A stretch of DNA of 64,000 nucleotides, from contig CAVZYA010000002.1 of assembly GCA_963779415.1 (NCBI GenBank), forward strand, positions 608,001 to 672,000, written 5' to 3'. A model generated the notes under the pieces. The model was not told the origin of the DNA, did no database searches, and worked only from the letters and a program-made list of their open reading frames with translations. The stretch comes from an uncultured Acidobacteriota bacterium (GTDB taxonomy: Bacteria; Acidobacteriota; Thermoanaerobaculia; UBA5066). Made by a program: the position numbers and the translations under genes. Shown piece by piece: positions 1-10,234 of this stretch. Position 1 is the first letter of the stretch. Each line of letters opens with the position of its first letter.

Positions 1-225
1 ATGACGAACTACGAGAAGACGCCGCTCCACCGGGTCTTCGAGACCGTCCGGTCGGAGGCCGAGCGCCACGGCGTCGCGGTCGTCGGGTCCGAGATCGTCG
101 GGCTCGTCCCGAACGCGGCGCTTCTCGCGGCCGCGTCGCACGCTCTGCGCCTCGAGGCCGATCCGGGCCCCCAGGTCCTCGAGAACAAGCTCCTCGACCT
201 CGCCTTCTCCGAAAAGGGGGAGTGA
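1..225 (+). CDS. ftcD: Glutamate formimidoyltransferase, C-terminal part (5' truncated by window)
   Basis: MTNYEKTPLHRVFE..EAERHGV.VVGSEIVGLVP..AL and QVLENKL match the formiminotransferase C-terminal subdomain. Confidence 0.8.
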   Translation: MTNYEKTPLHRVFETVRSEAERHGVAVVGSEIVGLVPNAALLAAASHALRLEADPGPQVLENKLLDLAFSEKGE

Positions 226-247
226 CCTCGGGCTGTCGCCGCGAAGC

Positions 248-1648
248 TCAGGGCCGCTCTTCCTTCGTGCTCTCGAGGCCCCACGACCGGAGGCGGCGGT
301 GGAGCGTCGTCCGGTCGAGGCCCAGCCGTTCGGCGGCGCGAGAGACGTTTCCCTTCGTCTCGGCGAGGACCTTCTGGACGACCCGGCGCTCGAAGGCCTC
401 CCGCGCCTCGGAAAGCGTCTGCCCGGGGCGAAGGGGCGCGCCGTCCCCCTCGCCGTCGCGGCGCGGAAGTCCGTCATCCTCGGGCGGGAGATTGCCGGCG
501 TCGACCACCGATCCCGGCGTCATCAGGACGGCCCGCTCCACGAGGTTCTGCAGCTCGCGGACGTTTCCGGGCCAGCGTCGCGCGGCGAGTGCCTCGAGAG
601 CCCCGGGGGTGAACGTCTTCGGGCGGCGTCCGCGACGCCGCGCGAGCTGCGCGGCGAAGTGGGTCACGAGGGCGGGGATGTCCTCCGGCCGCTCGGAGAG
701 GGACGGAACCCGGAGCGGCACGACGGCGAGGCGGAAGTAGAGGTCCTCCCGGAACGTTCCGGCGCGGATCATGGCGGGGAGATCACGGTTCGTCGCCGCG
801 ACGATCCTCACGTCGGTCGCGATCGTCCGGTCGCCGCCGACGGGGGTGATCTTCCCGTCCTGGATCGCCCGGAGGATCTTGGCCTGCGTCCGCGGCGACA
901 TGTCCCCGATCTCGTCGAGGAAGAGCGTGCCGCCGTGCGCCTGCTCCCATTTTCCCTTCCGGTCGTCGTGCGCGCCGGTGAAGGAGCCCTTCACGTGGCC
1001 GAAAAGCTCGCTCTCGATCAGCTCCTCGGGAATGGCCGCGCCGTTCACCTCGACGAACGGTCCCGACGCCCGGGGCGAGGCCCGGTGAAGCGCGCGCGCC
1101 ACGAGCTCCTTCCCGACGCCGCTCCCTCCCGTGATCAGGACGCGCGCTTCGGAGGCTCCGGCGCGCCGGATCTCCTCGAGGAGGCGAGCCATCGCGGCGC
1201 CGTCTCCGAGGAGCGTCTCCTCCGTGGCGCCCCGCTCCTGCAGCGTCGCGAGCTCGCGCTTGAGAGCGTCCCGCTCCTGGAAGAGACGCCGCCGCTCGAG
1301 CGCTTTTTCGAGGGTCAGAAGGACGCGCTCGAGGGAGAGCGGCTTCTCGAGGAAGTCGTCGGCGCCCCGCTGGACGGCCTGGACCGCCGTCTCGACGGTC
1401 CCGTGGCCCGAGATCATCACGACCGGAAGACCCCGCCGCGCCGCGCGGATCCGGTCGAGGACGAGGAGCCCGTCGAGGTCGGGAAGCCAGACGTCGAGGA
1501 AGACCGCGTCGAAGGTGTCTCCCTCGAGTGCACGGGCAGCCGCCTGCTGTCCGAGGCCGACGGCCTCGACCTCGTACCCTTCGTCCTCGAGGATCTGGGA
1601 AAGGGTGCGCCGGATTCCCGGCTCGTCGTCGCAGACGAGGATCTTCAT
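248..1648 (-). CDS. Sigma-54-dependent response regulator, NtrX/NtrC-like (REC-AAA+-HTH)
   Basis: KILVCDDE receiver, DVWLP phospho-Asp, GGSGVGKE Walker A, ESELFGH/GSFTGA, FLDEIG, WPGNVREL, C-terminal Fis HTH; ATG at 1648 chosen over 1699. Confidence 0.93.
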   Translation of the reverse strand: MKILVCDDEPGIRRTLSQILEDEGYEVEAVGLGQQAAARALEGDTFDAVFLDVWLPDLDGLLVLDRIRAARRGLPVVMISGHGTVETAVQAVQRGADDFLEKPLSLERVLLTLEKALERRRLFQERDALKRELATLQERGATEETLLGDGAAMARLLEEIRRAGASEARVLITGGSGVGKELVARALHRASPRASGPFVEVNGAAIPEELIESELFGHVKGSFTGAHDDRKGKWEQAHGGTLFLDEIGDMSPRTQAKILRAIQDGKITPVGGDRTIATDVRIVAATNRDLPAMIRAGTFREDLYFRLAVVPLRVPSLSERPEDIPALVTHFAAQLARRRGRRPKTFTPGALEALAARRWPGNVRELQNLVERAVLMTPGSVVDAGNLPPEDDGLPRRDGEGDGAPLRPGQTLSEAREAFERRVVQKVLAETKGNVSRAAERLGLDRTTLHRRLRSWGLESTKEERP

Positions 1649-1652
1649 GGCG

Positions 1653-3822
1653 TCAGGCGGCCGGCCACTCGAGAACGAAACGGCAGCCGCGGGGGACATT
1701 CTCCTCTACGCGGACCCGGCCCGAGTGCTCGGCCGCGATCCGGGCCGTGATCGCGAGGCCGAGGCCGGAGCCGCGCTCCTTCGTCGAGAAGGTCGGGTCG
1801 AAGACGCGCTCCCGGTTCTCCGGCGGTATCCCAGGCCCGTCGTCCGCGACCGAAAGCTCCGCACGCCCCCGGACGACCCCCGCCTCGATCCGGATGCGAC
1901 CCTCCGGGTGGCGTCGCCGCCACCGCGTTGTCGACGAGGTTCACGAGGGCGCGCTTGATCTGCTCGGCGTCGGCCCGCACCTCCGGCAGCCCCTCCGGCA
2001 CCTCCGCGTCGACCGTCACGCCGGGCTTCAGGTCGCCGTAGAGCTTCACGACCTGGGCGACGACGGCCGAGAGGTCGGTCGGGGCGAGGGTCGCGGCGGG
2101 AAGCCGGGCGAACCGGCCGAACGAGTCGACCAGCCCCGAGAGGGTGCCGACCTCGTCCACGATCGTGGAGGCACCCTCCTCGACGATCGACTTCAGCTCG
2201 GCGGCTCCGGCGTCCGGCGACGTGCACGCGGCGGCGCGCCGGCGCATCCGCTCGGCCGCGAGGCGGATCGGCGTGAGCGGGTTCCGGATCTCGTGCGCCA
2301 TCTTTCGCGCCGCCTCCTCCCATGCCGCGGCGCGCTCCGCGCGAACGAGGGCCGTCGTGTCCTCGAGCGTGACGACCCACGAGGCCGGCTCGTCGGGCTT
2401 GGCCGGGACCCTCGCCACGCGGGCGTCGAGAACCCGGCCGGAGAGGGTGAAGGTCGCCTCGCGCGCCCCCCGCTCGCCCCGCGCGCGGGCGAGGAAGCGG
2501 GCCAGCGGCGCGAGGATGGGGGCGGCGAGGAGGGAGTCGAGCGACGGCTCGTCGGCGGCGCCGGGCGACTCGAGGAGGCGCCGCGCGGTGTCGTTGATCG
2601 CCAGGAGGGTCCCGTCCTCCGCGAAGGCGAGGACGCCGGCCTCGAGGTGGGCGAGGATCGTCGCGACGCGCCTCCGCTCGCCGTCGAGACGGCGGTTCGA
2701 GGTCGAAAGCTCATCGTTCGCGCGGACGAGCTGTCCGCGGCTCTCGCCCAGCTCCGTCGTCATCGCGTTGAAGGCTCCGGAGAGCGCCGCGATCTCGTCC
2801 CCCCCTTCCACTTCGACGCGGGCGCCGAAGTCTCCGGCCCCGACGCGCCGGGCCGACGCCGCGAGAGCCGCGATCGGGCGCGTGACGCGCCGGGCGAGGA
2901 CGAGGCCGACCCAGACCGCCGCGAGAAGGACGAGGAACGCGAGGAGGAGAAAGAGGAGAACCTGGATCGCGGCGAGCGAAGCCCTCTCGGCCGAGAGCAT
3001 CGCGTAGGCCGAGGTGGCCTCGGAGAGGCGTCGTACCGCCGTGGCATCCTCGGGAGGGAGATACGTCCCGACGAGGAGAAGCCCTCCCGGCACCGCGACG
3101 ATCGTCCGCCCCGTCCGCCCGCCGCCCGCCGTCTCCTCGACGCGGCGGGACGAGCCGAGTTCCCGGGCGTCCGCGAGCCATTCGGGATCCGGCTCCTTCA
3201 CGTCGCGCACCGGCCAGCGCGGCGCGCTCACGGCGACGGCGGGGCTCCCCGGCGGGGCGGCAGCGGGGCGCCACTCGATCAGGTCGACCCCGGAGTCCTC
3301 CCGCGCGGCGGCGAGGAGAGCGACGAGTTCGGAATTGGTCCGCGCCGCGGCGAGGCGTGGGGCGAGCCGCTCGGCCGTCCTCGCTTCGAGGCCGGCGGTC
3401 CGCTTCCGGAGAATCTCCACGACGTCCCGCCCGGAGCGGACGGTCTCTTCCACGGCGGGCGCGAACCACTGTTCGACGCTTCGCTGGAGGAGACCCGTCG
3501 TCGGGAGGAGGAGCAGGACGATCGGGAGGAGGGCGAGACCGACGTTCGTCGCCACGATCCGGACGCGGAACCGCGAGCCGAAGACGCCCCGCCGGGCCTC
3601 GAGGACCAGCCGGACGGCAGCCCGGACGAGGACGAAGAGGAGGACGAGAATGAGGATGACGACGATGTAGAAGAGGACGAAGAGGACGACGCGGTTCGTG
3701 GCGGCCGCCGGCGTCAGCGCCCGTGTCCGGAGGACGAGGGCATAGAGGCCCGCGAGGGCGGCGCCGAGGCTCAGGAAGACGGCCGCGAGGATCCGGTTGT
3801 CGCGGGACCAGCGAACGCTCAT
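1653..3822 (-). CDS. NtrY-like membrane sensor histidine kinase (HAMP-PAS-HisKA-HATPase); one frameshift near 1905
   Basis: TM helices, HAMP (DEIAALSGAFNAM), H-box AHEIRNPLTPI, N-box NLVDNA; G1/G2 boxes (DDGPGI, TKERGSGLGL) continue in another frame to TGA at 1653. Confidence 0.88.
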
Positions 3823-4394
3823 CGGGCGTCCTTCGGCGGCCAGTCGAAGATTCCGGAACGGACCCAGTCGGTCTCCACCGTCGTCGGAACGACGCCGAGC
3901 GCCACGCCGCGCGCATAGGCGCACTTGACGCGGACGACGAGCCGCTTGCCTTCGAGATGCGAGCCCATGATGAAGAGGGGGAGCCCGGGGACCTCCGAGA
4001 GGGCCGCGAGGGCGTCGGCCTTCGAGGCGACGACCTTCGACCCGAGGAGGCGCCCGTCCAGCCGGCGCTCCACGAGGAAGTCGCCCGAGACCGGGCGGAA
4101 GGTGGCGGTCACTTCGTACTGCCGCTCGTCCTTCAGGCCGTCCCACCAGAGGTTCCGGAAGGCGAAGAGGCGGACGCGCCAGAGGACGGTCGTGGCGAGC
4201 CCCGAGACGAGCCGCTCCTCGACGTCGCGCGGCAGGCCGGGAGAGAGCTTCGCCGAGACGTGCAGCTCGAGCCCGTTCACCCAGGTCGAGACGCCGGGGA
4301 GGTCCGTGGGGCCCTGCGGCTCGCCCCCCGTGGCGAATCCGGCCAGAGCGAGCGCGGTGGCGAAGAGGAGGGCGAAAAGGGGGCGCGCAGCCAC
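3819..4394 (-). CDS. DUF4390-like exported protein
   Basis: Signal peptide, RLVSGLATTV.W.VRL...R.LWWD pattern, position directly upstream of ntrY with stop/start overlap. Confidence 0.7.
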   Translation of the reverse strand: MAARPLFALLFATALALAGFATGGEPQGPTDLPGVSTWVNGLELHVSAKLSPGLPRDVEERLVSGLATTVLWRVRLFAFRNLWWDGLKDERQYEVTATFRPVSGDFLVERRLDGRLLGSKVVASKADALAALSEVPGLPLFIMGSHLEGKRLVVRVKCAYARGVALGVVPTTVETDWVRSGIFDWPPKDAR

Positions 4395-4440
4395 GCCCCA
4401 CTTTAGCGCGCGGCGCGGCGGGGACGGGCTCCCCGAAGGG

Positions 4441-5331
4441 TCAGAGGCTGGCGGAGGCGCTCAAGGAGGCGCTCGCCGAGGTGGTTCCGCCGGTCGCGGC
4501 TGCCGAGAGCATCTCCTCGCGAAGACGCCGCGCGAGCGCGGCATGGAGGGCGTGTCCCGCCCGGTTCGCCACGACGTGGCCGAGGACGGGCCGCCCGACG
4601 AGGGCGAGGTCGCCGAGGAGGTCGAGGGCTTTGTGCCGGACGAACTCGTCCGGGAAACGGAGGTCGCCCCCTTCGACGCCCTCCTCGCCGACGACGATGC
4701 AGTTCTCGAGGCTCGCGCCTCGGGCGAGGCCGTGCGCCTTGAGGGTCTCGTACTCTGCGAGGAAACCGAACGTCCGGGCCGGGGCGAGATGCTGCGAGTA
4801 GCTCTCCGGCGTCACGACGACCGTGATCGACTGCCGGCCGATCGCGGGATGCGGGAAATCGATCGTATAGGTGACGCGGAGGTCGCGCGCAGGGCGGAAC
4901 TCGATCCGCTTTCCGCCCGGTCCCGTCACCGAGACCGTCGCCGCCGGCGTGAACGGGGGGAGAACGTCCCGCAGGCGGGAGAGGCCCCCCTCGTGAAGCG
5001 CCACGAGCCACGGGGCCGCGCTCCCGTCGAGGATCGGAAGCTCGGGTCCGTCCACCTCGACGAGGAGATCGTGGACCCCGGTCCCGACGAGCGCCGAAAG
5101 AAGGTGCTCCACGGTCCCGACCTCGCGCCCCGGCCTTCCCAGGGAGGTCGCATGGTCGAACCGGGCCGTCTCCTCGGCGACGGCGGGGATCACGGCCCCG
5201 ACGTCCGTCCGGAAGAAGACGATTCCCCGTCCGGACTCGGCGGGATGGAGGGTCACGTGGGCATGCCGGCCGGTGTGGAGTCCCACGCCCGTGACACGCA
5301 CCGGACGCGAAAGAGTGAAGCAACGGTCCAT
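4441..5331 (-). CDS. lpxC: UDP-3-O-acyl-N-acetylglucosamine deacetylase
   Basis: GVGLHTG, TVEHLLSAL, ELPILDGSA, APARTFGF, EFVRHKALDLLGDL, AGHALH motifs. Confidence 0.97.
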   Translation of the reverse strand: MDRCFTLSRPVRVTGVGLHTGRHAHVTLHPAESGRGIVFFRTDVGAVIPAVAEETARFDHATSLGRPGREVGTVEHLLSALVGTGVHDLLVEVDGPELPILDGSAAPWLVALHEGGLSRLRDVLPPFTPAATVSVTGPGGKRIEFRPARDLRVTYTIDFPHPAIGRQSITVVVTPESYSQHLAPARTFGFLAEYETLKAHGLARGASLENCIVVGEEGVEGGDLRFPDEFVRHKALDLLGDLALVGRPVLGHVVANRAGHALHAALARRLREEMLSAAATGGTTSASASLSASASL

Positions 5332-5504
5332 TGCGGCTCTGGTGAGAGCATGGGGAATGCCAGCGTCGGGAGCCCGGAATTCAGGGACATCTGAAGGGGT
5401 TGGGACGGGATTTCGGGCGCGAGGCGTGGCGGAACCGCCACAGTCTGACGCAGGTCGTCCACAGGCGGGGAGGTGACGCGGGAGAGACCTTCGCCCGGGC
5501 CGGC

Positions 5505-5513
5505 TGCTATCCT
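5505..5513 (+). promoter_or_regulatory. Extended -10 promoter candidate (TGcTATCCT) for the HD-GYP/smpB operon
   Basis: TGn-TANNNT followed by AGGAAA and an in-frame GTG at 5532. Confidence 0.45.
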
Positions 5514-5531
5514 TTCGACAGGAAACGGGCC

Positions 5532-7310
5532 GTGCTTGCCCCCGAAGACGAAAAACCGTACGCGGACTTCCTGGCGGCGCTGCGGAAGCGCTGGCAACCT
5601 CTCAAGGCGGCCATCTACACGTACGACTCGAGCGGCCTTTTCCGACTGAAGTCGCAGTTCGGCTTTTCGCGTACCGACAAGCTTCTCGAACGATTCAGCC
5701 GGATGGACCCGCTCGCGACGCACGTCTACGAGCATCGCGAGCCCTTCTTCATCAACAGCCTGCGGCAGGCCGGGAAGCTCGTCGATCTCCTCGAAGGGGC
5801 GCAGACGACGAAGATCCTGACCGCGCCGATCTACCTCGACGGCCGGATCATCGGGATCCTCGACATCCGCGACAAGGGGGCCCGGCTCCCCTTCACGCAC
5901 GAGGACGTGCAGGAGCTGACGGACCTTCTCCGCCGCTTCATGGTCCTTCTGAAACGGCATCCGCAGTACCGGCCCGAAGGGATCACGGTGCAGGGGAACG
6001 AAGGGCGCGGCTTCACGCCGGCGCCGGACACCCCGGCCCTCAGGGGAGCCCCCGGGATCCTCCCGTACGGCGCGCGCGGGGGCGAGTCCGGGATCGTCTT
6101 CGAGACGGTCTCTCCGGATACCGGCGGCCCCCGCGGCGCGACCGAGGCGATGGAGCGGACGCCGAACCCTTCGCTCGCTTCTTCGGGCGAGATGCTCGCC
6201 CCGGCCGCCGGAACGTCCGCTCCCCAGTTGCTGCGCCTCATCGAGGAAACTCTCTCGCGGATCCCTTCCTCGAAGCCCCCGGTCCCGTCGGCGCCGGGAA
6301 CCCTCCCTTCCGAGGCCGACTTCTCGCACCTCTACCTCCAGACCTGTCTCTCGCTCACCGACGTCGAGGTGGCGGCCCTCTCCGTCTTCACCCCTTCTCG
6401 GCTCGACGTGACGTACGGCAGCCGGCGTCCGCTCGACACGGACCTGAAGCCCGCCCTCCTCGAGAATCTCGAGAAGGTGGCCGTCAAGCACGGCCCGGCG
6501 TTTCCCCTCCCGTCCGAAAGCACGTTCAAGTCGCTCGAGGTCGCGGCCGCGGATGTCGAGCCCGTCCGTCGTGCCGAGATCGCGGCGATCCAGTCGTCGG
6601 TTCTCGCGGCCTCTCCGGAAGGGATCGCCGTCTTCTCGCTCCTCTTCCGGCACGGCCCTGCCCCGGAATCGCGGGAGGCCCTCCGCGCCGCCCACGTCGT
6701 CCTCAAGAACGCCCTCTCGCAGATCCGGAACGAGACCCGCTTCCGGGAGGCTTACCGCGGACTCGTGAACAAGCTCATCGAGCCGGGACTCCGCCGCCGG
6801 ACGGCGCTGAAGACCCACTCCTTCAACGTCGGGAGGATGGCGCGGAAGTTCGCGTCGCACCTCGGCCTCCCGCCGTTCGAGGTGGAGCAGATCACCGTCG
6901 CCGCGATCCTCCACGACGTCGGGATGCGCGAGCTGAACTACGACGACCTCTACACGAAGCGATCCCTCACCGACGACGAGGTCCGCGTCATCCGGCAGCA
7001 CCCTCGCGTCGGCGCGCATCTCGTCGACGAGATCACCTGGCCCTACCCGGTCGCGCCGCTCGTCCGCCATCACCACGAGCGGTGGGATGGCGCGGGCTAC
7101 CCGGACGGCCTGAAGGGCGAGCGGATCCCCTTCGGCTCCCGCCTCATCCACATCTGCGAGGCCTACGACGCGATGACCTCCCCCTCCTCCTACCGCGCCG
7201 TCATCGGCGAGGGGCCGGCGCTCGACATCATCCAGTCGAAGTCCGGGACGCAGTTCGATCCGGATCTCGGGCCGCGCTTCCGGACGATGCTCCAGAGTTC
7301 GCCGGAATGA
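5532..7310 (+). CDS. GAF + HD-GYP domain protein (putative cyclic-dinucleotide phosphodiesterase)
   Basis: N-terminal GAF-like segment (LTAPIYLDGRIIGILDI), Pro-rich linker, HSFNV, LHDVG, HHHERWDGAGYPDGLKGERIP. Confidence 0.85.
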   Translation: MLAPEDEKPYADFLAALRKRWQPLKAAIYTYDSSGLFRLKSQFGFSRTDKLLERFSRMDPLATHVYEHREPFFINSLRQAGKLVDLLEGAQTTKILTAPIYLDGRIIGILDIRDKGARLPFTHEDVQELTDLLRRFMVLLKRHPQYRPEGITVQGNEGRGFTPAPDTPALRGAPGILPYGARGGESGIVFETVSPDTGGPRGATEAMERTPNPSLASSGEMLAPAAGTSAPQLLRLIEETLSRIPSSKPPVPSAPGTLPSEADFSHLYLQTCLSLTDVEVAALSVFTPSRLDVTYGSRRPLDTDLKPALLENLEKVAVKHGPAFPLPSESTFKSLEVAAADVEPVRRAEIAAIQSSVLAASPEGIAVFSLLFRHGPAPESREALRAAHVVLKNALSQIRNETRFREAYRGLVNKLIEPGLRRRTALKTHSFNVGRMARKFASHLGLPPFEVEQITVAAILHDVGMRELNYDDLYTKRSLTDDEVRVIRQHPRVGAHLVDEITWPYPVAPLVRHHHERWDGAGYPDGLKGERIPFGSRLIHICEAYDAMTSPSSYRAVIGEGPALDIIQSKSGTQFDPDLGPRFRTMLQSSPE

Positions 7311-7807
7311 CCGGCCGAGAGGGCGCGACGAAGGGCGCCGCGGCGGAGGAGACGGTGAAGATCGTCGCCACGAATCGCCGGGCGTTCTACGAGTACCACG
7401 TCGAGGAGAAGATCGAGGCGGGGGTGGCCCTGACGGGGACCGAGGTCAAGTCGCTCCGCGAAGGGCGCGCGAGCCTCGCGGACGGCTATGTCGCCGTCGA
7501 GGGGCGCGAGGCGTGGCTCTGGAACGTCCACGTCCCGCCCTACACGGCGGGGAGCTGGAACAACCCCGACCCGAAGCGGAAGCGGAAGCTCCTTCTCCAC
7601 CGGCGCGAGATCGACCGCCTCGCCTCGAAGATCCAGCGGTCCGGCGCCACCTGCATCCCGCTCTCGATCTACTTCAAGGGGTCGCGGGTGAAGGTCCAGG
7701 TCGCCCTCGTCACCGGCAAGAAGCTCCGGGACAAACGCGAGACGATCCGCCGGCGCGAGGCCGACCGCGAGGCACGCGCCGCGATCAAGGAGAACCGGCG
7801 GCGGTGA
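7307..7807 (+). CDS. smpB: SsrA-binding protein
   Basis: NRRAFYEY, EAGVALTGTEVKSLR, RKRKLLLHRREI, GKKLRDKRETI; ATG overlaps the upstream TGA (ATGA). Confidence 0.97.
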   Translation: MTGREGATKGAAAEETVKIVATNRRAFYEYHVEEKIEAGVALTGTEVKSLREGRASLADGYVAVEGREAWLWNVHVPPYTAGSWNNPDPKRKRKLLLHRREIDRLASKIQRSGATCIPLSIYFKGSRVKVQVALVTGKKLRDKRETIRRREADREARAAIKENRRR

Positions 7808-9647
7808 TCTCCGCGATCCGCGCGGCGATCCGCTCCGCCGCGCGGCGCCACGTCCAGCGCTCGGCCATCTCGGCGGCGGCGTGCGCCCCCTTCGCCCGCG
7901 CTTCGTCACGGTTCTCGTAGACGTGACGCAGCAGGTGCGCGAGGTGCTCGGGGTCGGGCTCGGCCCAGCGGGAACCCTCGTAGTTCGGGTTGGACGAGAC
8001 GGCGGGTGCGAGCCCGCGAATCTCCAGTGGATACGCGATGCGCTCGTGCACGAACTCGCGGTGGGCGCCCCAATCCGTGGCAATGGCCGGCAGACCGCAC
8101 GCCATGGCCTCCATGAGGGGCATGTCCCAGCCCTCGCCCCGGCTCGCCGAGACGTAACACTCGGCGGATCGGTAGAGCATCCCCATCTGCGAGTAGGGGT
8201 ACTCCCTGTTGAGCAGGAAGGCGACGCGCCCTCCTCTCCTCCGCAGACCGAGCGCCCGCACCTCGGCCATGACGTTCCTGTCCCACCGACCGTTCAGCAC
8301 CTTGCACACGAGCAGCGCGGGCTCCGAGGCGCGGAACGTCTGGTTGAAGACCGTGAGCAGAAGCTGCGGCGCCTTCCGCTCGCTCCATTCGAAGTTCGCC
8401 AGGAAGACGAAATCGCCGTTCGGGTTCGGGAGGCCGCGGATCGAGGGATTGAAGTGGTCCGTGTCGACGCCGAGGGGCATGGCGTGGATGGGCCTGGTCA
8501 CTCCGGACTCGAGCATCCCCACGCGGTTGAACGTCGAGGGGACCCAGAGCTCGTCCATCGTGTTCGACTGCCGAACCCATTCGGGCTGGAACCTGTCCGC
8601 CTCCATCATCGTGAAGCCGATCCGGTACCTCCCGCGGTTCTTCCAAAAGACGTCCCCCTGCGCGTAGACGACCGAGACGGGAGGCCTCCGCCCCGGCCGA
8701 CGTCGCGCGATGACGTCGAGCCGGTGGTCGCCCGTCCCCTCGGACTCCGGGGTCGGGAAGGGAGTGCCGGGCCCGTAGACGTACTCGTAGCTCGCCCGGG
8801 TGCCTCGTTCGTCGAGGGCGCGAAGAAGCTCCCGCGCGCTGATGGCATAGCCGGTCGGGAAATTCAGGATCGACTGCCAGTGGAGAGCCTGCGTCTGGCG
8901 CCGCAGAAGCGCCCCTTCCCAGCGTCTCCGAAAGACGGCGCGACTCGCCCGGAAGAGCCGGGCGAACGTCTCGGGGGTGTCCTCGGTCGAGCCGTGCTCG
9001 CGGTGGACGAGCGTCACCGCACCGCAGCAGACCGTCCGGAATCCCCTCGCGCGGGCCCGGAGGCAGAAATCCGTGTCCTCGAAGTACGACGTGTACTCCT
9101 CGGAGAGGCCGCCGATGGCATCGAGCACCTCGCGCTTGAGATACGCGCAGGCGAAGACGATCCCTTCCACGTCGCGAGTGGCGGCGTACTGGTTCACATC
9201 CGTCTCCCGTGAGCCGAGCTGCTGGCCCCGGAGGGTGTCGGGAAGGATGTACGTTCCGGCGTGGGCGAGCCGCCCGTCCGGAAAGACGAGCCGGCAGCCG
9301 ACGATCCCGATGTCCGGCGACGCGTGCGCGGAGCGCCGCAGCTCGTCCAGCCAGCCCTTCTGCGTGATCTCGACGTCGTTGTTCAGGAGGAGGACGTCGC
9401 CCTTCGGGTCGGCCGCGCCGATCCCGGCGTTGTTCCCGCGGACGAATCCGAGGTTTCCGGGAAGCGTCACGACGCGGACCCAGTCGTAATCCTTCAGCCG
9501 CGACGGCGTCTCGTCGGCCGAGCCGTTGTCCACCGCGAGGACCGTGACGTCGGAAAGGTCCGTCTTTTCGCGGAGCGTCGCGAGGCAGCGCTCCGTCAGC
9601 GCCCACCGGTTCCAGCAGAGGATGACGACCGTGACCGGGCGCGGCAT
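7785..9647 (-). CDS. Two-domain glycosyltransferase (GT2 + GT4)
   Basis: VVILCWN..VDNGS..NLGF..GNN..LLNND and YFEDTDFC (GT2); SRGEGWDMPLMEAMACGLP (GT4). Confidence 0.9.
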   Translation of the reverse strand: MPRPVTVVILCWNRWALTERCLATLREKTDLSDVTVLAVDNGSADETPSRLKDYDWVRVVTLPGNLGFVRGNNAGIGAADPKGDVLLLNNDVEITQKGWLDELRRSAHASPDIGIVGCRLVFPDGRLAHAGTYILPDTLRGQQLGSRETDVNQYAATRDVEGIVFACAYLKREVLDAIGGLSEEYTSYFEDTDFCLRARARGFRTVCCGAVTLVHREHGSTEDTPETFARLFRASRAVFRRRWEGALLRRQTQALHWQSILNFPTGYAISARELLRALDERGTRASYEYVYGPGTPFPTPESEGTGDHRLDVIARRRPGRRPPVSVVYAQGDVFWKNRGRYRIGFTMMEADRFQPEWVRQSNTMDELWVPSTFNRVGMLESGVTRPIHAMPLGVDTDHFNPSIRGLPNPNGDFVFLANFEWSERKAPQLLLTVFNQTFRASEPALLVCKVLNGRWDRNVMAEVRALGLRRRGGRVAFLLNREYPYSQMGMLYRSAECYVSASRGEGWDMPLMEAMACGLPAIATDWGAHREFVHERIAYPLEIRGLAPAVSSNPNYEGSRWAEPDPEHLAHLLRHVYENRDEARAKGAHAAAEMAERWTWRRAAERIAARIAEITAAGSP

Positions 9648-9652
9648 CGTGG

Positions 9653-9934
9653 TCAGTCGTGCCCGGGCGGCGCGGTCCGCGCCCAGAGGCTCCGGATCTC
9701 GGGCTCCACGTCGGCCGGCGTCAGATGCGGGCCATCCTCGCCGGGGTGCATCACCGGCGGAACCGATCGACGCGCCTCTCCGGCGGACACGCCGAACTCC
9801 AGATCGTCGAGATACTCCGGCGGGAGGATCGCGGCGAGAGCGTCAAGCCGCTCGTGAAGGCGCCGGTTCACGGCCTCGAGCGCTTCGGCCCGGGCCTTCC
9901 AGTAAACCGCGCTCCTCCGGTCGGCCGTCGTCAC
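9653..9934 (-). CDS. Small hypothetical protein with N-terminal coiled coil
   Basis: 93 aa, tightly packed between neighbours on the same strand, heptad-like LEAVNRRLHERLDAL. Confidence 0.55.
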   Translation of the reverse strand: MTTADRRSAVYWKARAEALEAVNRRLHERLDALAAILPPEYLDDLEFGVSAGEARRSVPPVMHPGEDGPHLTPADVEPEIRSLWARTAPPGHD

Positions 9935-10203
9935 CAGCGTCTCCCGAAGAGGCCGCGGACGGCCTGAAGCGCCCTCCAGCCGGCCGAGCCGTGCAGGTTC
10001 CTGACGTACGTCTCCCGCTCGTTCAGCCGCCCGCGGACGGCGGCGAAATCCAGCTTCGAAAGCGCCAGCTCCTGCCGGAGCCGCCGGATCTCCTCTTCCG
10101 CGCTCCTGCGCGCCGTGCGGGCCAGGTCGCGTTCGGCGAGCGCCTCCTCGAGGCGCACCTCGAGAGCGGCGAGATCGCTTTCGAGGTTCCGCGCGTCTTC
10201 CAA
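9931..10203 (-). CDS. Small coiled-coil protein with C-terminal amphipathic helix
   Basis: 90 aa heptad-rich sequence ending in SAGWRALQAVRGLFGRRW; stop overlaps the next start. Confidence 0.65.
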   Translation of the reverse strand: MEDARNLESDLAALEVRLEEALAERDLARTARRSAEEEIRRLRQELALSKLDFAAVRGRLNERETYVRNLHGSAGWRALQAVRGLFGRRW

Positions 10204-10234
10204 GCGGATTCGAGTCTACCCTTCCGCCGCGCCG

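Noticed and set aside
960-1010. GSFTGA instead of GAFTGA in the enhancer-binding protein
   Set aside because: Common variant in this family; not evidence of lost sigma-54 contact
1528-3918. Long antisense or alternate-frame ORFs (also 5253-7151, 24292-26394, 55001-57157, 61400-63580)
   Set aside because: Arg/Gly/Pro-rich shadows of real genes, expected in high-GC DNA
3823-4401. N-terminal extension of the 918 aa kinase ORF
   Set aside because: Off-frame overlap with the DUF4390 gene; the kinase starts at 3822
7807-7900. tmRNA (ssrA) or an integration site next to smpB
   Set aside because: The GT gene overlaps the smpB end; no tRNA-like ends, integrase or att repeat visible
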